Origin: an uncultured Acidobacteriota bacterium
GTDB lineage: Bacteria > Acidobacteriota > Thermoanaerobaculia > Multivoradales > JAHEKO01
Reading direction: 5' to 3'
Length of the DNA stretch: 64,000 nucleotides
NCBI GenBank assembly: GCA_963713825.1
Contig: CAVQNG010000003.1
Span: 1,536,001 to 1,600,000, forward strand
Shown: positions 49,951-58,470 of the stretch, one piece after another
How the letters are laid out: each line of letters opens with the position of its first letter
Numbering within the stretch: position 1 is the first letter of the stretch
The notes under the pieces: generated by a model
Database searches by the model: none
Told to the model about the DNA's origin: nothing
What the model saw: the letters and a program-made list of their open reading frames with translations, nothing else
Translations under genes and position numbers: made by a program

Positions 49951-49996
49951 AAGATCAGCTGGAAGGGACGCCCGGCTGCTTCAGCCAGTTGAGCTT

Positions 49997-50758
49997 TCAG
50001 CTCAACTGGCCGTAGTAGACGTGCGTGTCGTACTCGATGTTGACGTGATCGTCGACTTCGTGGGCTTCGAAAATTTCGCGCAGGGCTCGCAGCATGTCCG
50101 TATGGCGAGGATGATTCGGACCAGGGGTGTAGGAAGACGACAGGAGGCGTGCCTTCAAACCGTCGAAACGGAAGCTCTGGTGGTTGTCGAAGGCGGCGGT
50201 TGCATAGGTCTCACTGCCGTAGAAGGCCTGAATCTCCTTGGATCCGATCCGAGTGTGATCCACCTTTTCGTAGTCGGTTCCGTAGGCCAATAGCAACTCT
50301 TCGTAGGCTTGCAGAAATGGGCTACCCAGCTTTCTGCGATCGTTCCAGATGAGAACCACCCATCCTCGAGGCCGCAAGATTCTGGCGAACTCGCGGCGTG
50401 CCGCCTTGGCGTCGAACCAATGGTAGGCCTGGCCGGCCGCAATCAGGTCAGCGGAATCGTCGGGCAGCCCAGTGTCTTCGGCGGTGCCGTCGAGGCTGGC
50501 GAAGAGGCGGTAGGTTGCCAGCAAGGCCTCCCCGGCGCGCCGCATTTCGACGTTGGGCTCCACCCCATAGACTCGACAACCGTTGTCCAGGAAGAGTCGG
50601 CTCAGAATTCCGGTTCCAGAGCCGATGTCGGCCACGGCCCATCCCGGTGTGAGGCCGCATTCGACTTTCAAGAGCTCTGCGACTTCCTGTGGGTAGGCGG
50701 GCCGGGAGCGGACATAGCTCTCGACACGCCGGCCGAATCGATCTGCTGGTTTCGTCAT
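49997..50758 (-). CDS. Class I SAM-dependent methyltransferase
   Basis: DIGSGTG, GVEPN, GTAEDTGL, QAYHWFD, RILRPRG. Confidence 0.92.
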   Translation of the reverse strand: MTKPADRFGRRVESYVRSRPAYPQEVAELLKVECGLTPGWAVADIGSGTGILSRLFLDNGCRVYGVEPNVEMRRAGEALLATYRLFASLDGTAEDTGLPDDSADLIAAGQAYHWFDAKAARREFARILRPRGWVVLIWNDRRKLGSPFLQAYEELLLAYGTDYEKVDHTRIGSKEIQAFYGSETYATAAFDNHQSFRFDGLKARLLSSSYTPGPNHPRHTDMLRALREIFEAHEVDDHVNIEYDTHVYYGQLS

Positions 50759-50838
50759 GGTCCTCGTACTGGATGAGCTGCCACCGTCTTCGAGCAGGTA
50801 GCTCGTGTGCGGCGGCCTGGCCTCGGTCTGATTCGGTC

Positions 50839-51186
50839 CTACGGATCCTGTTCGGTCAGGGCGACCTTCAGCGCTTCGACATCTTCGGGCGTCAGGTCGA
50901 GAAACTGCAGCCCGACATCGTAGGACGCCGCTTCGCCTTCCGGTAGCTCCTGAACCCAGGCAACCTCCGTCAGGAGGGTCAGTGTCGACTCGTCCGGGAG
51001 CCTCAGCTCGACCTCAAGTCGCCGCCCAGGCTGCATCGGATCGTCGCTGTAGACCCGAACACCGCCAAGACCCAGATCGATGGGCTGCCCACCCTTCGCG
51101 GCCAGTGGTCCCACTGGGCGGCAGTAGGCCGGCACCTGCAGCCGAGGATAGCGCCTTCTCTCTTGGCGTTGCGCTTCGTCAGTCAT
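50839..51186 (-). CDS. Stand-alone PilZ domain protein
   Basis: ERRRYPR, DLGLGG, EVAW, GLQF. Confidence 0.85.
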   Translation of the reverse strand: MTDEAQRQERRRYPRLQVPAYCRPVGPLAAKGGQPIDLGLGGVRVYSDDPMQPGRRLEVELRLPDESTLTLLTEVAWVQELPEGEAASYDVGLQFLDLTPEDVEALKVALTEQDP

Positions 51187-51278
51187 GATGTTGCTCGAAC
51201 TCTCGCCCTTCGATTCAACAAGAGTTTACCATCTGAGCTCGAGGCTTCGGCACCAGGGTTGTGGCCGCCGGCCCAAGG

Positions 51279-53207
51279 CTACATCCTGTCTGGGAGAGGC
51301 AGTCCGAGAAGATCGCTGAGGATGGTGAGGCCCAGAACGAACACCTGCATCGTGGCGAGTCGGGCATTGCGTAGCCCCGGGTCGGACTCCTGCAGAATGG
51401 GATGACGATGGTAGATGGCGTGGAACTTCTGGGCCAGTTCGAGCGCATGCCGCGCCAGCAGTGATAGCTCCAGGGACTCCCCGGCTGCCCTGGCTTTCTG
51501 CGGGATCAGTGCGACTGCCAGAATCAGGTCCCAGAGATCGTCGGCCCAGACCTCCGGTGGCAGGGTGCCCACTGCCGATGGGGCGACCTCTGTGGGTAGG
51601 CCAGCCTCGCCGAGGCGGCGGCCGATGTTGAGTGCTCTGACCGCCGAGTACTGCAGGTAGGGTCCAGAGTCGCCCTCGAAGCTCAAAGCCTCATCGAGGT
51701 CGAAGGCGATGACCCGATTGGTCGTGGCCTTGACCATGAAGAAGCGCAGAGCCGCGATCGCGATCTGGCGTGCCAGGACGTCGAGGGCCTCCGGGCTGAG
51801 CTCACGATTCCGCGCGCTGATCTCCTCACGACTCTTGGCTTCCAGCTGGTCGATGAGATCGTCCGCTTTGACCCCGATGCCCTTGCGCCCGGACATCTCG
51901 AGATTGCTGGCCGACCCGTCGTCGTCCTCTTCGAGAAATCCGAACTGTCGGGCGGTGGACGGTGACAGAGTCACCATTTCATAGGCGAAGTGAATCGACT
52001 GTTGGGCCTGTTCCTGGTACCCGAGCGCTTCGAGTCCGGCTCGGACGATCTTCTGGAGATAACTCTGGCGGATGTCGATGACGTTGATCACGCGGTCCGC
52101 CTTGCCGAAGGCCGGGTGGCTGGGCACGCCACCGGCGACCGTGGTTTCCCATACGTCCTCTGCCTGCCAGAAGCGGTATTCGAAATCCCGGTCGAGCAGG
52201 CCGAACTTCCACAGCTGGTAGGCGATGTCTTTGCCGACATAGGTCACGGTGCCGTCGGAGCGGACGATCACCTTGTCGGGATCTTCGAGGCCGGCGAACT
52301 CCTCGCTGTCCGATAGCGGCATGACCCAGCAGCCTTTGTTCTTGCCATCGTCCTCGAGATGGACGGCGCCGGTCGACTTGAGCTGCTCGAAGGCCTCGGT
52401 AAAGAAATCGAGGCCCAGAACAGCTCCCTCGTGGGTCAAGAGGTCGTAGGCGATGCTCAGCCTCCGCATCGTTGCCAGGTGTCGGCTGACGACGCGGCGT
52501 GAGACGAGACGACCCATTTCGGCGCGGGGCCCAGAGCCCTCTTCGAGCTCTTTCAGTGTCTGGCGCCTGAGCTCCTGATTCTGTGGGTCCGCTTCGTACC
52601 ACTTGCCGACTTCACTGTAGAGGTCCCAACAATAGTAGTCGAACGGCTCAGGCAAGCCAGCCACTTCGTCGATGTTCATTTGCCGCAGGTCCATGAAGCC
52701 CACGATGACGTCGGCCAGCTGCACGCCGGTATCGTCGATGTAGTTCTCCACCTCGACCGTGTGGCCCAGGGCGCGTAGTACCTTGCTCAGCACATCTCCG
52801 AGAACTGCGTTGCGAAGATGACCGATGTGAGCGGCCTTGTTGGGGTTGATATTGGTGTGCTCGAGAACCACCCGCTCTCCAGCTCCCGCTTCGGGCCGAA
52901 TCAACGGTTCCGACAGCAGTTGACTGGCCACCAGGCTGCGGTCGAGGAAGAAGTTGAGATAGCCGGCTGCCTCGACTCGAAGGTCGCGAACAAAATCGGG
53001 CGAAGGGAAGTCTGCCGCCAGCTCTGCAGCGATACCGCGTGGATTCCGCTTCAAAGTGCGAGCCAGATGCAAAGCGGCCGGGAAAGCCAGATCGCCCAGA
53101 TCCCGGCGAGGTGGAACCTCGACGACTGGTTCGTAGTCGACTCCGTAGAGGGACTCGATTCGGTCGGCTAGAAGTCGCGACAACTCGCTCTTGAAGTCGC
53201 TCAGCAT
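51279..53207 (-). CDS. argS: Arginine--tRNA ligase
   Basis: GDLA, EHTNINPNKAAHIGHLRN, MSGRKG, GDSGPYLQY, C-terminal RM. Confidence 0.96.
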   Translation of the reverse strand: MLSDFKSELSRLLADRIESLYGVDYEPVVEVPPRRDLGDLAFPAALHLARTLKRNPRGIAAELAADFPSPDFVRDLRVEAAGYLNFFLDRSLVASQLLSEPLIRPEAGAGERVVLEHTNINPNKAAHIGHLRNAVLGDVLSKVLRALGHTVEVENYIDDTGVQLADVIVGFMDLRQMNIDEVAGLPEPFDYYCWDLYSEVGKWYEADPQNQELRRQTLKELEEGSGPRAEMGRLVSRRVVSRHLATMRRLSIAYDLLTHEGAVLGLDFFTEAFEQLKSTGAVHLEDDGKNKGCWVMPLSDSEEFAGLEDPDKVIVRSDGTVTYVGKDIAYQLWKFGLLDRDFEYRFWQAEDVWETTVAGGVPSHPAFGKADRVINVIDIRQSYLQKIVRAGLEALGYQEQAQQSIHFAYEMVTLSPSTARQFGFLEEDDDGSASNLEMSGRKGIGVKADDLIDQLEAKSREEISARNRELSPEALDVLARQIAIAALRFFMVKATTNRVIAFDLDEALSFEGDSGPYLQYSAVRALNIGRRLGEAGLPTEVAPSAVGTLPPEVWADDLWDLILAVALIPQKARAAGESLELSLLARHALELAQKFHAIYHRHPILQESDPGLRNARLATMQVFVLGLTILSDLLGLPLPDRM

Positions 53208-53292
53208 GGCCAGCGGAGTCTATATCAACTAGCCCCAGCGGTCTGGCTTGATATGATTAGGCGTCTCCTGGACAGTGAGGAGAGAACAGCAC

Positions 53293-53847
53293 ATGGCCAA
53301 GAAGACCCAGAAGAACCTCGTCTCCATCCAGTTGAACGGGACCCGTCTCGAGCTCTTGGAGGGCGACATCACCGAGCTCGTGCTGGATGCCATCGTCAAT
53401 CCGGCCAACGAGAAGCTCGAATTGGGCACGGGTGTGGCGGGAGCGATTCGCGAGAAGGGCGGCCCTTCGATTCAGAAGGAGTGCGACCGGATTGGTGGGA
53501 CGGCAGTGGGAACAGCGGTCATCACAGGCGCTGGGGATCTGCCGATCAAACACGTCCTGCATGCCGTTGGCCCGCGAATGGGCGAAGGCGACGAAGATCG
53601 CAAGCTTGCCTCCGCCGTGCGCGCTTCGCTGGCGCTGGCCGATCGTCATGGCCTCAAGTCGATAGCGATTCCCGCTATTTCGACGGGGAACTTCGGGTTT
53701 CCGGTCAACCGGTGCGCGCGGGTGACCCTGACCGAGATCCACCGCTATCTGCAGGGAGGCACCAAGCTCGAGAGAGTCGTGGTCTGCCTGTTCGACAAAG
53801 ATACCTTCACGATCTTTCGGAACGAGCTCCGCAGAGGCTTCCGCTAG
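53293..53847 (+). CDS. Macro domain protein (ADP-ribose/O-acetyl-ADP-ribose hydrolase-like)
   Basis: GDIT, IVNPAN, GVAGAI, HAVGP, PAISTGNFGFP. Confidence 0.92.
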   Translation: MAKKTQKNLVSIQLNGTRLELLEGDITELVLDAIVNPANEKLELGTGVAGAIREKGGPSIQKECDRIGGTAVGTAVITGAGDLPIKHVLHAVGPRMGEGDEDRKLASAVRASLALADRHGLKSIAIPAISTGNFGFPVNRCARVTLTEIHRYLQGGTKLERVVVCLFDKDTFTIFRNELRRGFR

Positions 53848-53850
53848 GAC

Positions 53851-55068
53851 TCAAGCTCCGAACTTGGCCAACCGACCCGCGTTGGCCAACAACAGTCCCA
53901 TCAACTCGCTGGCAGGAAATGTACCCAGGTGACCCTGGGTAGCTGCAGCTTCCGTGAACTCCTGACAGCTGTCGACAAAGCAGACCGGAGAATGCACCAA
54001 CAGGGGAACGGGGTGCCAGCTGTGCGCGGCCATGGGGGCCGGCGTAGAGTGGTCGCCCGTGATGGCCAGCACCGTTGGCTCCAGGGCGAGCAATTCGGGA
54101 AGGGCAGCGTCCACCTGTTCGAGCACTTGGATCTTGGTCTTCAGGTCGCCATCTTCACCGGCCTTGTCAGTCTGTTTGACATGCACAAAGAAGAAGTCGA
54201 AGTCGGACCAGTTCTCCCTGACCGTGGGGACGATCTCGCGGAAGTACTTGCCGCAGGGAATCACCTCCATGCCGCAAGCTCCAGCCACTCCCCGATAGAG
54301 TGGGTAGCCAGCAAAGGCTCCAGCTCGAAGGTTATAGAGATCCGGGAACTGCGGCAGACGGGGTAGCTGCGATACTCCCCTGAGCAGCACGGTATTGGCC
54401 CTCGGCTCGTCAGCGATGACGGCGTTCATCCTGGCGATGATCTTGGCGAGGAGTGCGGCAGTCGCCTCGGACTCGTTGGTCACTGGCTGCGGAGGCAATG
54501 GCGGCACGCCAGTCTTCTGGGGATCGGTGTCCGCCACGTCTACCGAGTATCCGTCGCCGCGAAGAATCAACACAAAGCGGTGCTCTTCGCCGGCGAAGAT
54601 CTCGACCCGAGCCTCCTCGAAGGAGCTCAAGTCCGCTTGCAGCTCATCGACAAGCCGCTGGCACTCTGCCGTTGGGATGCGACCAGCGCGGCGATCGGTC
54701 AGGTTGCCGTCGGCATCCACCGTGGCGAAGTTGCCGCGCGCTGTGAGATCCCCCGGGCCCACTGAGAGACCCAGTCCCAGTGCCTCGAGAACACCTCTTC
54801 CGATGTCGGCTTCGGGGAGCGTCGGCTCGTAGCCGAAAAGAGACAGGTGGCCAGGGCCGCTGCCTGGTGTGACGCCAACACTCACCGGCACGATTCGACC
54901 GAGGGCGGAGTTTCTGGCCAGGGAGTCCATATTGGGTAGCTCGGCCCGATCGAGAGCCGTCGCAGGTTGATCCGCGGTGCGAAGGTCGCCGACGCCGTCG
55001 AGGACCAGCAGCACGATTCGGCTGTCGTTCTCGATCGCCAAACGGGCCAGAAGATCGATGTGGTTCAT
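53851..55068 (-). CDS. apgM: Cofactor-independent phosphoglycerate mutase, ApgM type
   Basis: LVLDGVGD, PGSGPGHLSLFGY, DRRAGRI, HVKQTD, TGDHSTP, HSWHPVP. Confidence 0.9.
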   Translation of the reverse strand: MNHIDLLARLAIENDSRIVLLVLDGVGDLRTADQPATALDRAELPNMDSLARNSALGRIVPVSVGVTPGSGPGHLSLFGYEPTLPEADIGRGVLEALGLGLSVGPGDLTARGNFATVDADGNLTDRRAGRIPTAECQRLVDELQADLSSFEEARVEIFAGEEHRFVLILRGDGYSVDVADTDPQKTGVPPLPPQPVTNESEATAALLAKIIARMNAVIADEPRANTVLLRGVSQLPRLPQFPDLYNLRAGAFAGYPLYRGVAGACGMEVIPCGKYFREIVPTVRENWSDFDFFFVHVKQTDKAGEDGDLKTKIQVLEQVDAALPELLALEPTVLAITGDHSTPAPMAAHSWHPVPLLVHSPVCFVDSCQEFTEAAATQGHLGTFPASELMGLLLANAGRLAKFGA

Positions 55069-55125
55069 AGCGGACTCCGAGCTAGTTCTGCTTTGCAGGG
55101 TCGGGTGCGATGTCGAAGATGGAGA

Positions 55126-55548
55126 TCAGGCCACGAAGTAGGCTGTGGCTCGAATCTGCAGACGAGCGCGGGGATGGAAGCCACCCCCGGCCAGGGCGAA
55201 AGCGCTCTTCGCGGCGAAGACGGGCAGGACCAACCAACCATCGAACGAGTTCCCCGGTTCATAGGGTGGAACGACGGGCTCGATCTCTGCCAACTTGTAC
55301 CAGTGCTCTTCTTTGTTGTCGAACCAGCCTCGAACCTCGACATAAGCCCGGTCGAGGTCGATCGTCCGGCGGTTCGAGGGGTACCAGAGGGACATCAGCA
55401 GCCGCGTCTCGTCGTAGGTACCGGTCGGCACGTGACTGCCGCCATCGACCAGCAGCGGAAACCAGAAATTGCCGCCACTGTCGGTGGCGAAGATCTCGGG
55501 CGTCGGGTCGAAGTGGACCTGCTTCGGCTTCGCTGGAGGAGTGCTCAT
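55126..55548 (-). CDS. Hypothetical protein (aromatic/beta-rich)
   Basis: ATGA overlap with the aldolase stop; protein-like composition; no recognised motif. Confidence 0.65.
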   Translation of the reverse strand: MSTPPAKPKQVHFDPTPEIFATDSGGNFWFPLLVDGGSHVPTGTYDETRLLMSLWYPSNRRTIDLDRAYVEVRGWFDNKEEHWYKLAEIEPVVPPYEPGNSFDGWLVLPVFAAKSAFALAGGGFHPRARLQIRATAYFVA

Positions 55549-56198
55549 GAGGCGCCCTGGACTCTTGCCAGCCGCAGCGCCTTGGCGATCTGCTGCCGGG
55601 TACCTTCTTCGTCATTGCCGAGCAGCGGAGCGCCGATCCCGAACGCCGCAGCTCCAGCGGCCCGGTACTCCGGGATCTCGTCGACAGTGAAGCCGCCCGC
55701 TGCCAGCATGGGAATGTCGCCCAAGGGCCCGCGGATCGTAGTGAGATAGCCCGCGCCGCCCACGGGTGGCAGGGGATAGACCTTGACGATATCGGCTCCC
55801 AGATCACGGGCTTCGACAATTTCGGTACAGGTGAGAGCCCCGAGAATCAGGTAGAGACCGGCTCGCCGGGCAACTGCGGTGACGACCGAGCTGACATTGG
55901 GCGAAACCAGGAACTCGGCACCGGCCTCGACCGCAGCCTCGGCTCGTGGCATATCGGTCACCGTTCCCATGCCGATCCAAGGAGGGCCAGAGTCAGGACG
56001 GCCGGACAGTAATTCCCTCACCAGGCTCAGAGCATCGGGGACCGTAAAAGTGACCTCGATCAACTCGATTCCATTGGCCATAAAGAGTCCCGCCTGGCGC
56101 CGGGCTTCTTTCATGCTGGAGGTCCGCACTACCCCGACGATTGGGGCTTTGGCCAGCGAAGTTGCGACCAGAGTTCGTGTGTCGATTGGCTCATTCAT
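55545..56198 (-). CDS. eda: KDPG/KHG aldolase family protein
   Basis: IEVT, IGMGTV, AGAEFLVSP, Schiff-base VKVYP, GPL..IP..AAGG. Confidence 0.85.
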   Translation of the reverse strand: MNEPIDTRTLVATSLAKAPIVGVVRTSSMKEARRQAGLFMANGIELIEVTFTVPDALSLVRELLSGRPDSGPPWIGMGTVTDMPRAEAAVEAGAEFLVSPNVSSVVTAVARRAGLYLILGALTCTEIVEARDLGADIVKVYPLPPVGGAGYLTTIRGPLGDIPMLAAGGFTVDEIPEYRAAGAAAFGIGAPLLGNDEEGTRQQIAKALRLARVQGAS

Positions 56199-56270
56199 AG
56201 GGCGACGCAGTCTATCATCGTGGCTGGTAAAGGTGGTCCACTGGCCGGGTCGGTTCGACGGCCTCAACGA

Positions 56271-57017
56271 TCATGTCTCGTCGCTTGAAGGGCTGCTCAG
56301 ATTGTGAAGGGCGCGACGACAGATCCCCCTGAGGAGGCTCACTTCGCGCTCGGTGAGGCCGGCTCTGGTTGACAGCTGACGCAACTCTCTCGACACGCCT
56401 GCAAAGGTGCTGTCGCGAGCGAAGCCGATTGCCGTCATGACTTCGGAGGCCTGGGACATGAGTCCTTCGACCTGCTCGGCGGGCGCAGCCGGTGGGCGGG
56501 TTACAAGGGAATCCTCTGCCCGTTGCCGCTTTTGAAATAGCTCCCAGGCCAGGATCAGCACGGCCTGACTGAGATTCAATGTTGGCTGCTTGGGCGAACA
56601 GGGGATTTGCACGACCTGGCCGCAGTGAGCCAGCTCTTCGTTCGTCAGGCCAGATGGCTCGGATCCGAAGACAAGCGCACTTCTGGAGTTCTCGCTCTCC
56701 CTGCTGAGGGTGTCGGCCAGCTCGCCGGGGGACAAGACGTGGGCCGTTGGCTCTCGGCTGCGAACCGAGCTGGTCCCGATGATTCGCTGAAAGGGCTCGA
56801 GAGCGCCGCTCAGAGAATCGGTCGTCATGGCATTGTCCAGAATTCCGCGGGCACCGACGGCGAATGCATAGGCAACCCGGCCGAGACCGGTGGCTGGCTG
56901 CACGAGACGTAGATGCTCGAGCCCCATGTTGGCCATCGCACGGGCGGTGGCGCCGATGTTGCCTTCCTCTTGAGGGCGGACGAGCACGATGGTGGGAGTC
57001 AACGGGCCGGAGCTCAT
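56271..57017 (-). CDS. trmJ: TrmJ/LasT family SPOUT tRNA methyltransferase
   Basis: NIGATARAMANMG, LVFGSEPSGLTNEEL, LNLSQAV, EVSLLRG. Confidence 0.85.
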   Translation of the reverse strand: MSSGPLTPTIVLVRPQEEGNIGATARAMANMGLEHLRLVQPATGLGRVAYAFAVGARGILDNAMTTDSLSGALEPFQRIIGTSSVRSREPTAHVLSPGELADTLSRESENSRSALVFGSEPSGLTNEELAHCGQVVQIPCSPKQPTLNLSQAVLILAWELFQKRQRAEDSLVTRPPAAPAEQVEGLMSQASEVMTAIGFARDSTFAGVSRELRQLSTRAGLTEREVSLLRGICRRALHNLSSPSSDET

Positions 57018-57065
57018 GGAGTGAATCTACCGCGGAGAATGGCTCGAGAGCGAGCCCGACAGCGC

Positions 57066-57094
57066 TTGACAGTCCAGGCGACCGAAGTTATACC
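57066..57094 (+). promoter_or_regulatory. Putative sigma70 promoter
   Basis: TTGACA-17 nt-TATACC upstream of the 57174 ORF. Confidence 0.65.
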
Positions 57095-57173
57095 TTGATT
57101 GGCACAGGGCCGATTCCAGTCGCCCATCTCGCGGGAGGACCTCGCATCGGCACAGCTCAATGAGAGGAGAGCC

Positions 57174-57485
57174 ATGACGGAAGGCAAAACGCCGCAGACC
57201 TATCTCATCTTCACGGGCACTGGCCCGATTCTGGTTCTGTCGACTTATCCGGAGCTGACCGACGAACGGCTGCTGAAGAAACTCCGTTACAAGGGCATCA
57301 ACAAGTTCATCGCCTACGAAGTCGATACCGGAGCCGTTCAGAAGCGGTATCACGGCTCTTTCGAGGGCATCGCCGAAGACCTGCAGAGTGTCGAGGACAT
57401 TCGGGTGCTGGACTTCAATGGCCACCAGATCATGGCCAACTTCTCGCTCGACGAGCTCGGAGCACCCATCAAGTACAGCGGATGA
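57174..57485 (+). CDS. Small hypothetical cytosolic protein
   Basis: SD GAGGAG, own promoter, 103 aa with normal codon use. Confidence 0.8.
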   Translation: MTEGKTPQTYLIFTGTGPILVLSTYPELTDERLLKKLRYKGINKFIAYEVDTGAVQKRYHGSFEGIAEDLQSVEDIRVLDFNGHQIMANFSLDELGAPIKYSG

Positions 57486-57489
57486 GCCC

Positions 57490-57820
57490 CCGTAGAGGTC
57501 CGTCCGGGCGGCCCGCCGGGGGACGGCGTCGGCTACTCAGACTGCAACGGGGGGCCGCCACCTCGTCTCGTCATCGCGCCCCGTCTCCTGTGCTCTATCA
57601 AGGACCTTGCGCAGCGCTCGACTCGGCGCCCCCTGTCGAACCACCCGAACGAACCTCTGACACCAACAGGGGCATAAGGGCTTAGGGCAGTAGGGGCGTA
57701 AGTGGTGTGGATCGGCTGCTCCCTCGAGCCCCAAAGGGCGGCCGACACGGAGTGCGGCCGGTTCAACCCCCAAGCCCTCAAGGATCGTCCGGAGGTACGA
57801 CCGGACGCCTCAACCCCCAA
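57490..57820 (-). repeat. Composite dispersed repeat (inverted relative to the 49479 copy)
   Basis: Core at 57494-57658; TCAACCCCC units at 57763 and 57810. Confidence 0.9.
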
Positions 57821-57828
57821 AGGACCGA

Positions 57829-58434
57829 CTAGGTCCGAAAATCCAAGATGTCGTAGGACAACTGCTGGAACAGGGAGCGGGTCAGAGGCAAGGGCAGGCC
57901 CACGACGTTCGTGTAGTTGCCGACGACCCTTTCGACAAAAAGGGCACCGAGCCCCTGAATGGCATAGGAGCCGGCCTTGTCCAGAGGCTCGCCAGTCGAC
58001 ACGTACCAGGAGATCTCGTCTTTGTCGAGAGCGGCGATCCGCACCTCCGATCGGTCCGTGGCGGAGACCAGGGTGTCACGATCGGGCTCGAAAAGAGCGA
58101 CGCCCGTATAGACATCATGCTCTCGGCCGGTCAGACTGCTCAACATCTGGTGCGCCTCGGCTGTGTCGGCAGGCTTGCCGAGAATGCGGCCCTCCAGAAC
58201 GACAACGGTGTCAGCTGCCAGGACCAATTCGCCCGGCCGTGCCACGGCCTGAGCCTTGGCTCGGGCGAGGCGCAACACATGATCTTCGGGTAGCTCGTCG
58301 GTGAGGGCGCTCTCGTCGATCTCGGCCGATCGGACCTCGAAGTCGAGCTGGAGACCTGCAAGGAGATCTCGTCGTCGTGGTGAGGCTGAGGCCAACACCA
58401 GTTGCTCCGGCAGCCTTGGAATCGAGCGGATCAT
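57829..58434 (-). CDS. maf: Maf/YhdE nucleotide pyrophosphatase
   Basis: LASASPRR, ADTVV, LGKP, DKAGSYAIQG, NVVGLP. Confidence 0.95.
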   Translation of the reverse strand: MIRSIPRLPEQLVLASASPRRRDLLAGLQLDFEVRSAEIDESALTDELPEDHVLRLARAKAQAVARPGELVLAADTVVVLEGRILGKPADTAEAHQMLSSLTGREHDVYTGVALFEPDRDTLVSATDRSEVRIAALDKDEISWYVSTGEPLDKAGSYAIQGLGALFVERVVGNYTNVVGLPLPLTRSLFQQLSYDILDFRT

Positions 58435-58470
58435 GCGTCTCCTGACGGACTCCTTTTCCCTGAAGGGGAC

